Assembly (NCBI GenBank): GCA_965242865.1
Contig: CBDETK010000013.1
Span: 352,001 to 416,000, forward strand
DNA from: Candidatus Latescibacterota bacterium
GTDB lineage: Bacteria; Latescibacterota; UBA2968; UBA8231
Direction: 5' to 3'
DNA: 64,000 bases
A program made the position numbers and the translations under genes. The notes under the pieces are model-generated. The model worked only from the letters and a program-made list of their open reading frames with translations. It was not told the origin of the DNA and made no database searches. This document shows positions 30,123 to 38,343 of this stretch, one piece after another; positions within the stretch are counted from its first letter, which is position 1, and every line of letters begins with the position of its first letter.

Positions 30123-31606
30123 AGCCGGACGAAGCGCACCATTTTTTGGGTTGATGAGAACGAACGCATCTCCTCACGCGCCTCGTAATCACGCGCAAAA
30201 AAGCGAGCGTCGTTGTCGTAGAGCCAGTTCCACGAATCGCAACGGTCGTACCAAATGCCGTCTGGTCTCACTTCATGCGGCATCTGGCGCGTACGCCCGT
30301 TCTCGAGCATCGCTTCAACTTGCTCATCGCTGAGCACCGTGCTCAACGACAACTGCCGGGCAAAGTCGCGTTGGCTCATCTGGTAATGCGGATCGAGCCG
30401 GCCTTCTTCCTCGCGACTCATCCAGTACCTATCGACGACATCCGCGACGCGATTCGCATCCTGCCATTTCTGTATATCGGCGGCCAACGCACGGCATCGT
30501 CTGGAGAATATCGCATAGTGGCTTAACAGCCCCTCGACGCTTTGGACGAGAGCTGTCGGTTGGGCGAAATCTCGGTAGCTTAGTTTAATCCCTAGTCCCA
30601 AGGCTTGCAGCCGGTCGATGAAATGCTCCTGCGTACCATGCGTGGGCAGCCCAATGACTGGTATGCCCTTGAACAGAGCTTGGTAGAAGAAACCGGGATC
30701 GCCGCCGCCGGCAAAGACAGCCGCTTGGGAGGCGACCTGCGGCAAAAAACTCGGATCGACCATCTCGCCGCGCTCTATCGAGTCGATATGCACCCCAATA
30801 GGTGGAACCACCCACTGCCGAATCCCCTTCATCCCTAGCTCTCGCACGGCCTCTTGAATGGAAGACCAATCGGCCCCCAGCGTTCTGAGATCCCAGTACA
30901 CCCCCTCCCGATCCACCTCGCCTTGCTCTTGTGCATCGAGCCCCTCAAGCAGCGGCCCCACAAAGGAGTAGCTGGTAGGGGCCTCCGGTCGCAGTGGATG
31001 AATCGCTGGAATATCGCAGAGCAGGTACATTTCCCTACCTGTCACCCGATAAGCCCATTCTCGATGGGTGGTGCGTTCGATGATGTCATCCCAAGTACAC
31101 ACGAACTCAGGCGAGTGAATCGGGTGCGCGTATTCGGGCATGTTGTAGGCCGATTTTATCGAAACTACATCAACCCCTTCTAATGCTGCGGCCAATCTCA
31201 GGGTGGGACGAGAATCTACGATAGCAAAGTCGGGTTTCAAGCGGCCAAGGAGCACTCGCTCGGCTTCCACGCTTTGCTGGATCAACAAATCGTAGTCCAC
31301 TTCACTCGTGCCAAAATCCAGTACGGCCTCCAAGTCTCGTATCGGCGTGTCGAGGTCGTGCAGAGTGAAGCCCGCTTGCCGGATGGGGTCGGCAAACGAA
31401 CCCGTACCAGCAAAATCGACTGCGTATCCTCGGCGCCGGAGCGTCGTACCTACGACCAAAGCACGGGACGCGGAAACCCGATCAAAGCCGCAAAAAAAGA
31501 TCAGGATCGACGCGCGGTCTCGCTTTAGACGACGCGAGCGTTCCTCAAGCCGTCTGATGACCTTGAAGAGTCCGGCTAAGGTCCATTGCTGTATTGCGTT
31601 GACCAT
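30098..31606 (-). CDS. GT-B fold glycosyltransferase (GT1/GT28-like)
   Basis: LRRRGYAVDFAG, LKPDFAIVDSRP, FVGPL, GGG.G.FYQALFKGIPVIGLP...QE motifs. Confidence 0.7.
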   Translation of the reverse strand: MVNAIQQWTLAGLFKVIRRLEERSRRLKRDRASILIFFCGFDRVSASRALVVGTTLRRRGYAVDFAGTGSFADPIRQAGFTLHDLDTPIRDLEAVLDFGTSEVDYDLLIQQSVEAERVLLGRLKPDFAIVDSRPTLRLAAALEGVDVVSIKSAYNMPEYAHPIHSPEFVCTWDDIIERTTHREWAYRVTGREMYLLCDIPAIHPLRPEAPTSYSFVGPLLEGLDAQEQGEVDREGVYWDLRTLGADWSSIQEAVRELGMKGIRQWVVPPIGVHIDSIERGEMVDPSFLPQVASQAAVFAGGGDPGFFYQALFKGIPVIGLPTHGTQEHFIDRLQALGLGIKLSYRDFAQPTALVQSVEGLLSHYAIFSRRCRALAADIQKWQDANRVADVVDRYWMSREEEGRLDPHYQMSQRDFARQLSLSTVLSDEQVEAMLENGRTRQMPHEVRPDGIWYDRCDSWNWLYDNDARFFARDYEAREEMRSFSSTQKMVRFVRLWRASTCS

Positions 31607-31617
31607 GGTTTAGTCCT

Positions 31618-32544
31618 TTACATTTGGCCGCTCGTCTTTAGCAGCACTTGGACGAATTCAACCTTGTCGGCTCGCTGGAGTTCGCGGTATAATTCCAATG
31701 CTTGCCGCCACTGAATCAAGGCGTCAAAAGGAGCCTGATTCGACGCATAGACCCGCCCCAAGCGAACTCTAACGTCGGCCACCGCCTCCAAGTCCGATAC
31801 CTTCGTGAACAGTTGCACCGCCTGCCGGTACGCCTCCTCAGCCGCATTGAGGTTTTCGACGTTCATATAGTTATCGCCCACAAGAGCCGCTTGGGCCGCT
31901 CGGCCTCGGTTGTCCCCAATCGCGTCAAATAGCTCCTTAGCCTGCTGGAACCACGCCGCGGCTTCGCGTAGGTCGCCTTTCTCCCAGAGTACCTGCCCCA
32001 GACCGCCCATAGTGCGGGCTGTAAACTGTTTATTGCCTAGTTTTTGTTGGATAGTAAGCGTCCGACGGTACATTGCTTCCGCCTCGTCAAATTGACCCGT
32101 CTGGCTATATACGCCGCCCAAAACGCTGTAATGATGCGCCAACCCCTCGTCGCGCTGGAGCCGCTCTTCGATCTCAACGCCTTTTTTGAGGATGGCTTCG
32201 GCTTCGGCCAACCGCTGCTGTCCGAGATAGACCAATCCCAAGCCCTGATAGTGGCCGGAAATACCCGGCAGATCGCCGAGTTCTTGGCACACTTTTAGTC
32301 CCTGCTCGAAGTAGGATTCGGCCTCTTCTCGCTTGTTCTGCTGGAGGGCTAACTGCCCCAAGTTGCCGCATTCTTCAGCCCAATAAGCCCTATTCCCCAA
32401 CGCTTCGTGGAGCTGCTGAGCGCGGATGTGTAATGCTCGCGCTTCTGCAACTTTTCCCTGTAGATGGGCGACAAAGCCTCTATTGCTATAGCCGACGGCC
32501 AGCCCTCGTAGTGCCCTTCGAAGGGGCCATCGGTCAGTTCCCAA
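31618..32544 (-). CDS. Tetratricopeptide repeat protein (5' end probably frameshifted or fused)
   Basis: About 7 TPR-like repeats (LG.VY...G...EAE..Y..AL); overlaps the upstream ORF by about 195 nt. Confidence 0.8.
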   Translation of the reverse strand: MGTDRWPLRRALRGLAVGYSNRGFVAHLQGKVAEARALHIRAQQLHEALGNRAYWAEECGNLGQLALQQNKREEAESYFEQGLKVCQELGDLPGISGHYQGLGLVYLGQQRLAEAEAILKKGVEIEERLQRDEGLAHHYSVLGGVYSQTGQFDEAEAMYRRTLTIQQKLGNKQFTARTMGGLGQVLWEKGDLREAAAWFQQAKELFDAIGDNRGRAAQAALVGDNYMNVENLNAAEEAYRQAVQLFTKVSDLEAVADVRVRLGRVYASNQAPFDALIQWRQALELYRELQRADKVEFVQVLLKTSGQM

Positions 32545-32939
32545 GACTCCAAGGTCAAAACGCCGGCAACGCGGTCTTCTTTCGGCTCGGTGAGGATGCC
32601 AATCAGTAGATCGCGGCAGGTAGCACAGGCAATATCGTGGCGAACGACGACCAGCTTATAGACCAACGCCTCGTCTTCTGTAAGAACGCGATAGGCTGAC
32701 AACACCCCGGAACGCGGCGCCGGCACGGCCTGATACACTTCTGTTAGGTGAAGCGAACTCGCGGTGGAATCAAACGCGGCGAGACTACGCAACACGGCTT
32801 CTTTTGGCGGAATGGACGGCAGGGACGCTTGGGGGCTGAGGCTCTTTTCATAGAGTCCCATGAGCACAATGATCGCCGGGATCAAGAGCAGGATTAAACC
32901 GGAGTAAATCCAGTATAAGGGATGCTTAGGCTGGCTCAT
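32349..32939 (-). CDS. N-terminally anchored membrane protein with CxxC (HDIACATCRD); C-terminus probably frameshifted
   Basis: Hydrophobic YWIYSGLILLLIPAIIVLMGL; GAGGA RBS; its 5' end recurs as relics elsewhere in the locus. Confidence 0.6.
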   Translation of the reverse strand: MSQPKHPLYWIYSGLILLLIPAIIVLMGLYEKSLSPQASLPSIPPKEAVLRSLAAFDSTASSLHLTEVYQAVPAPRSGVLSAYRVLTEDEALVYKLVVVRHDIACATCRDLLIGILTEPKEDRVAGVLTLESWELTDGPFEGHYEGWPSAIAIEALSPIYREKLQKREHYTSALSSSTKRWGIGLIGLKNAATWGS

Positions 32940-32985
32940 GCCGTCTTATCCTCGTTCAAGTCAAATCGCTCAAAAGAATATCCAC

Positions 32986-35190
32986 TTACGGCAGCTTGGT
33001 CGTCTTTTTCGCTTCCACCCGCCCGTCCATCTCGACGCGATAGATATACACGCCCGCGGCCACCGCCTTACCTGCCTCGTCGCGCCCATCCCATACAAAC
33101 CGATGGCTGCCCGCCCCCAGCGGCCCCTGCCACACCTGTCGCACCCGACGACCCAACACGTCATGTACCCGTAGCGACACCGCCGCCGCGTCCGTTGCCA
33201 AATCAAGGGGCAGCACCACCGCCGGATTGAACGGATTGGGATAGCTGTCGCCCAGCCGATATTGCGCCGGGCGTGCTGCCGCCGGCGTCTGCACGGCCGT
33301 CGCGGTTGAGGCCAGCGAACTCTTGAGGACATGCACACCGCCCAAGATCGGATCCAACACCACCAAATCGAGGTCGCCGTCGCTGTCCATATCCCCGGAC
33401 AGCACGGTTCTCCCATTGCCCGCCAGCCGATGCCGCTCCCCTTCTTCGGTAGGCTTAACGCTCCCGCCCCATTCGACGAACACGCCAAACCCCGAAGCGC
33501 GATCTCCGCCGACAAATACCCAATCGTCAATTCCATCGGCGTTGAGATCGCGTATCAGCACGGGCGAGCGACGCAACAGCCGATCATCATACAACACCTC
33601 GGCTTCAAGGCGGTCCCCGGCCCCCTTGCGCTGCAAGACGAGCCCCTTGCTCCCTTCGCGTAGATCGGAAGTGGACTCGGTGAGGAAATCCACCTGCCCG
33701 TCGCCATCAAAATCGCCCACCCCTAACAGCGTCGCCTCGTCATCAACTTCAAAAACCTCGCCTCGTTGCAACGCTTCAGGCTCGTTGCTTTGCAACGCCT
33801 TGTCCAAGGGAGACACAATCCACCCTTGCGCTAGATTGCGGATCGGCACCCAGAACACGTCAAGGAGCCCATTGCCGGTAAAGTCGCCGATGTGAATGGG
33901 CGCGTATTTTTCGGAATACGCCACCTCCGCGGACATCCACCCACCTGGTTCAAACTCCCAGACCGCTAACGTGCTAAAAAACTTCGCCGTACCCGCGATC
34001 TTTTCCTCTAAAGTGCCGTAAGCCCCAGCCCCCCCGACAAATAATTCGACCCGGCCGTCGCTATCCCAATCGGCCACACTATGAACCCAGCTATCGATCT
34101 GCGTGAGCACTTCGACTTGGAGGTCCGGGCCGATAGACCACACTTCGGTCTCAGGCTCTCGGTTGCTTCTCGAAAGGACGATTTCGGCTTGACCATCGCC
34201 GGTCAAATCGGCACCAAGCACCTTCAAGGTCACCCCTCTGGCGACTATTGCCACCTCCCCTCCTATGGCGTCCCCTTCCCCCCTCTCTGGGGCGGCTCCT
34301 TCCTCTATAACAGGCCCCCGTTCCAAGACCCCGCGCCCATCATTGAGGGCCATCAGCCAGCCCGATTTTGTCTTAGGAGGCCCATGTTTATTCAATGTTT
34401 TCATTTCCCAGAGGCCGAACAGGTCTAAGTCGCCATCGCCATCCAAGTCCGTCAACACGTTGCGCCCGTTCCGCCCGAGAAACCTGCTTTCACTTGTTTT
34501 CCCGATGCCTAGGGCAATCGGATAGAACACCGGCGGCGCAAAAAGCCCCGTCCCCGCAAAGCGAAAATACTCTACCAGCGGCGGGGAGAGTTCCCCTTGT
34601 AGCACCTCTTCCACGCCAGTCAACTCGATCCAGTCGATCTCAAACGCCTCCACTACCTCAGTATCCAAATCAGAACCCAGCACAAAACTGAGCCGAAGGT
34701 TTCTTAACAGGCCCTCCCAGCCGGCTTGACCCTCCAACGAGACCTCCACTTCCTGCCACTCGGTGGTATAGACTACTTCTTGGATGGGGAGTTCTCCTTC
34801 AAAGAAAAGACTAGAAATATCATGACCTGAAGCGTTGTCCCATTCCATCGAAAAATTACCCTCGGTCGGGCGGTCATGGACGGTGCGGCAGCGGATGCGG
34901 AGCCGGTCAAACAGACTCGAATCATACCCGATGGTCGAAGAAACCACTTCGACACTCGGCCGGGAGGGGTTGAAACTGTTGGTGAAGGCGGGATCGACCC
35001 GGATTCGCCACACGCCCTCGTCAACCTCGCCGGGAAACTGGTGAAATTCACGCGTACGTACCCCACCAATCGATAGATGAGATTCTTTGGCGGTCCACCC
35101 CTGAGTCGTCCCGTCGTCGAACTCCCACCGAATCGCCTCGGCGAGGTTGCTCCACAGCGCAAGCCCTACAACAGCAGCAAACTTCAGCAT
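32986..35190 (-). CDS. Secreted FG-GAP/VCBS + FlgD-Ig protein (paralogue 6, clade A)
   Basis: ATG at 35190 after AAAGGAG; clade A markers. Confidence 0.88.
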   Translation of the reverse strand: MLKFAAVVGLALWSNLAEAIRWEFDDGTTQGWTAKESHLSIGGVRTREFHQFPGEVDEGVWRIRVDPAFTNSFNPSRPSVEVVSSTIGYDSSLFDRLRIRCRTVHDRPTEGNFSMEWDNASGHDISSLFFEGELPIQEVVYTTEWQEVEVSLEGQAGWEGLLRNLRLSFVLGSDLDTEVVEAFEIDWIELTGVEEVLQGELSPPLVEYFRFAGTGLFAPPVFYPIALGIGKTSESRFLGRNGRNVLTDLDGDGDLDLFGLWEMKTLNKHGPPKTKSGWLMALNDGRGVLERGPVIEEGAAPERGEGDAIGGEVAIVARGVTLKVLGADLTGDGQAEIVLSRSNREPETEVWSIGPDLQVEVLTQIDSWVHSVADWDSDGRVELFVGGAGAYGTLEEKIAGTAKFFSTLAVWEFEPGGWMSAEVAYSEKYAPIHIGDFTGNGLLDVFWVPIRNLAQGWIVSPLDKALQSNEPEALQRGEVFEVDDEATLLGVGDFDGDGQVDFLTESTSDLREGSKGLVLQRKGAGDRLEAEVLYDDRLLRRSPVLIRDLNADGIDDWVFVGGDRASGFGVFVEWGGSVKPTEEGERHRLAGNGRTVLSGDMDSDGDLDLVVLDPILGGVHVLKSSLASTATAVQTPAAARPAQYRLGDSYPNPFNPAVVLPLDLATDAAAVSLRVHDVLGRRVRQVWQGPLGAGSHRFVWDGRDEAGKAVAAGVYIYRVEMDGRVEAKKTTKLP

Positions 35191-35259
35191 GATAGCACAA
35201 CTCCTTTCCAACAGGTAACATTCCGCAGACTGCGCCCTATCCTCGTTCGGCCAATCCAC

Positions 35260-37482
35260 TTACGGCAGCTTCGTCGTCTTTTTCGCTTCCACCCGGCCGT
35301 CCATCTCGACGCGATAGATATACACGCCCGCGGCCACGGCCTTACCTGCCTCGTCGCGGCCATCCCAAGTAAAACGATGCTGACCTGCCCCCAGCGGCCC
35401 CTCCCACACCTGCCGCACCCGCCGACCCAACACATCATGCACTCGCAACGACACCGCCGCCGCGTCCTTAGCCAAATCAAGAGGAATCACCACCGCCGGA
35501 TTGAACGGATTGGGATAGCTGTCGCCGAGCGAATGTTGCGCCGGGCGTGCTGCCGCCGACGTCTGCACGGCTGTCGCGGTTGAGGCCAGCGAACTCTTGA
35601 GGACATGCACGCCGCCCAAGATCGGATCCAACACCACCAAATCGAGATCGCCGTCGCCATCCATGTCACCGGACAGCACGTATCGCCCACTGCCAGTCAG
35701 CCGATGCCGCTCCCCGTCTTGGGTCGGATTGATACTCCCTCCCCATTCGATAAATACCCCAAAGCCCGAAGCGCGATCTCCGCCGACAAATACCCAATCG
35801 TCAACCCCATCGGCGTTGAGATCACGCACCAGCACCGGCGAGCGACGCAACAGCCGATCGTCATATAGCACCTCGGCTTCGAGGCGGTCTCCGGCCCCCT
35901 TGCGCTGCAAGGCGATTCCCTTGCTTCCTTCGAGTAGATCGAAGGTGAACTCGGTGAGAAAATCCACCTGCCCATCGCCGTCAAAATCGCCTATCCTTAA
36001 CGGCCTTACCTCTTTATCTACTTCAAAGACCTCGTTGCTCTGCAACGCCTCAGGTTCGTTGCTTTGCAACGCCTTGTCTAAGGGCGTCACAATCCACCCT
36101 TCCGCCAGATTGCGGATCGGCAACCAGAACACATCGAGAATCCCATTGCCGGTAAAGTCGCCGATGTGAATGGGCGCGTATTTTTCGGAATACGCCACCT
36201 CCGCGGACATCCACTCACCCTGTTCAAACTCCCAGACCGCTAACGTGCTAAAAAACTTCGCTGAACCCTCGAGTATTTCCTTTAACGTGCCGTAAGACCC
36301 AGCCCCCCCGACAAATAATTCGACCCGGCCATCGCCATCCCAATCAGCCACACTATGAACCCAGCTATCGATCTGCGCGAGCACCTCCACTTGGAGGTCT
36401 GGGCCGATAGACCACACTTCGGTCTCAGGCTCCCGGTTACTTCTCGATAGGACGATTTCGGCTTGACCATCGCCGGTCAAATCAGCACCAAGCACATCTA
36501 AGACCGGAGTCCCTGAAGCGACTACTACCTCCCCTCCTACGGTGGCTGATTCCCCCCCCCCTGGGGCGGCTCCTTCCTCTATAACAGGCCCCCGTTCCAA
36601 GGCCCCGTGCCCGTCATTAAGGGCCATCAGCCAGCCCGCTTTCTCCTTATGAGCCCCATGCTTATTAGGTATTTTCATTGCCCAGAGGCCAAACAGGTCT
36701 AAGTCCCCATCGCCATCCAAGTCCGTCAACACGCTGTCATCTTCCTTCCCTATCCCTAGATACCTGTTTTGAGAATCTCCAATAGATACTTCCCCGATGC
36801 CCGGCGCAATCGGATAGAACACCGGCGGCGCAAAAAGCCCTGTCCCCGCAAAGCGAAAATACTCTACCAGCGGCGGGGGGAGTTCCCCCTGCAGCACTTC
36901 TTCCACGCCAGTCAACTCGATCCAGTCGATCTCAAACGCCATCACCACCTCAGTATCCAAATCAGAACCCAGCACAAAACTGAGCCGAAGGTTTCTTAAC
37001 AGGCCCTCCCAGCCGGCTTGACCCTCCAACGAGACCTCCACTTCCTGCCACTCGGTGGTATAGACTACTCGTTGGATGGGGACTAGTGCGCCTACGTCGT
37101 TACCAACCAAAATATGACCTAAAGCGTTGTCCCATTGCACGGAAAAAGTACCCTCGGTCGGTCGGTCATGGACGGTGCGGAAGCGGAGGCGAACCCGGTC
37201 GAACAGACTCGAATCATGCCCGATGGTCGAAGAAACCACTTCGACACTCGGCCAGGAGGGGTCGAAACTGTTGGCAACGGCGGGATCGACCCGAATCCGC
37301 CACACGCCCTCGTCAACCTCGCCGGGAAACTGGTGAAATTCACGCGTACCCCCTCCACCCATCGACACATAAGCTTCTTTGGCGGTCCACCCTTGCGTCG
37401 TCCCGTCGTCGAACTCCCACCGAATCGCCGTGGCGGGGATACCCCACAGCACAAACCATGCAACGGCAGCGAACTTCAACAT
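35260..37482 (-). CDS. Secreted FG-GAP/VCBS + FlgD-Ig protein (paralogue 7, clade A)
   Basis: MLKFAAV start at 37482; clade A markers. Confidence 0.88.
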   Translation of the reverse strand: MLKFAAVAWFVLWGIPATAIRWEFDDGTTQGWTAKEAYVSMGGGGTREFHQFPGEVDEGVWRIRVDPAVANSFDPSWPSVEVVSSTIGHDSSLFDRVRLRFRTVHDRPTEGTFSVQWDNALGHILVGNDVGALVPIQRVVYTTEWQEVEVSLEGQAGWEGLLRNLRLSFVLGSDLDTEVVMAFEIDWIELTGVEEVLQGELPPPLVEYFRFAGTGLFAPPVFYPIAPGIGEVSIGDSQNRYLGIGKEDDSVLTDLDGDGDLDLFGLWAMKIPNKHGAHKEKAGWLMALNDGHGALERGPVIEEGAAPGGGESATVGGEVVVASGTPVLDVLGADLTGDGQAEIVLSRSNREPETEVWSIGPDLQVEVLAQIDSWVHSVADWDGDGRVELFVGGAGSYGTLKEILEGSAKFFSTLAVWEFEQGEWMSAEVAYSEKYAPIHIGDFTGNGILDVFWLPIRNLAEGWIVTPLDKALQSNEPEALQSNEVFEVDKEVRPLRIGDFDGDGQVDFLTEFTFDLLEGSKGIALQRKGAGDRLEAEVLYDDRLLRRSPVLVRDLNADGVDDWVFVGGDRASGFGVFIEWGGSINPTQDGERHRLTGSGRYVLSGDMDGDGDLDLVVLDPILGGVHVLKSSLASTATAVQTSAAARPAQHSLGDSYPNPFNPAVVIPLDLAKDAAAVSLRVHDVLGRRVRQVWEGPLGAGQHRFTWDGRDEAGKAVAAGVYIYRVEMDGRVEAKKTTKLP

Positions 37483-37555
37483 GACATTACCGATCCTTTC
37501 CAACAGGTAACATTCCGACAGACAGCACCCTATTCGTGAAGTACGAAGGGGAAGG

Positions 37556-37590
37556 GGGGCCGGCTCAATCGCTCCGATCAAACCGGCCCC
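37556..37590 (-). terminator. Stem-loop downstream of peptide gene
   Basis: GGGGCCGG..ATCG..CGAT..CCGGCCCC. Confidence 0.55.
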
Positions 37591-37647
37591 TTACCACCTT
37601 AACAGGAGAAGCGGTCCTACAGCAGCTAAGGTGGGCTCAGATATACT

Positions 37648-37938
37648 TCAAGCGCAGCAGTAGTTCCCCCCGCACCTTGTATTGCAGTTCGAGTCCAGCC
37701 AACAGTCCTGGCACTTATACGACCTTGCCCCGTTCGAGGCCTCGTCGCAACCTGCGCTGTACCCGAAACTCCTTGTCCACCTTCTTTCGTCGCAATCGCG
37801 ATTATCGGCAGCCGCTTCCTTGGCCCCGAGCAGGATGGTGATCCCCGTCAGGACGCTGATGACCCAACCGAGGGCCAAACCCTGCCGAGCCGGCGCCAAC
37901 CCGCTCGACGACGCGAAAAACTCCCGCAATTTCTGCAT
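37648..37938 (-). CDS. Cys-rich secreted peptide precursor (type I, 8 Cys)
   Basis: Conserved leader ending AKEAAA; core DNRDCDERRW...NYCCA. Confidence 0.85.
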   Translation of the reverse strand: MQKLREFFASSSGLAPARQGLALGWVISVLTGITILLGAKEAAADNRDCDERRWTRSFGYSAGCDEASNGARSYKCQDCWLDSNCNTRCGGNYCCA

Positions 37939-38077
37939 GATTCTCGTCTCCTACGTTGCCCAGTACGCCGGCGGCCCGATACCGCTACGGCACTGGAAGT
38001 GAGGGTTGAAAAGCAGCCGATACGAGTTCGCATCCCCTCCTTTCTTTTTAATCGGCCTTGCTTCTACGGATTATATG

Positions 38078-38093
38078 AGCAAATTGCGTGCCA
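38078..38093 (-). promoter_or_regulatory. Sigma-54 promoter, copy B
   Basis: TGGCACGCAATTTGCT. Confidence 0.88.
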
Positions 38094-38212
38094 AAAAGCA
38101 GGGCATGCACAAAAAAATCCTTTAGGATTGCCCTAAAGGATTGAAAATATGAGACTTAAAATAATAGACGCGGCTTCTTACGAGCGGCGGCCTCAGCCCG
38201 TGGCGCACGGCT

Positions 38213-38290
38213 TTACACGATTTTCCGTGGATTTTACACGATTTTCCGTGGATTTTACACGATTTTCCGTGGATTTATACGACTTTCCCT
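38213..38290. promoter_or_regulatory. Four ~21-bp palindromic repeats, putative UAS, copy B
   Basis: Cores at 38216, 38237, 38258 and 38278. Confidence 0.7.
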
Positions 38291-38343
38291 TTGGGCCATC
38301 GCGCCGCCAAGATAGGCGATCAAGGGCTGGAGTACGTCCCGCT

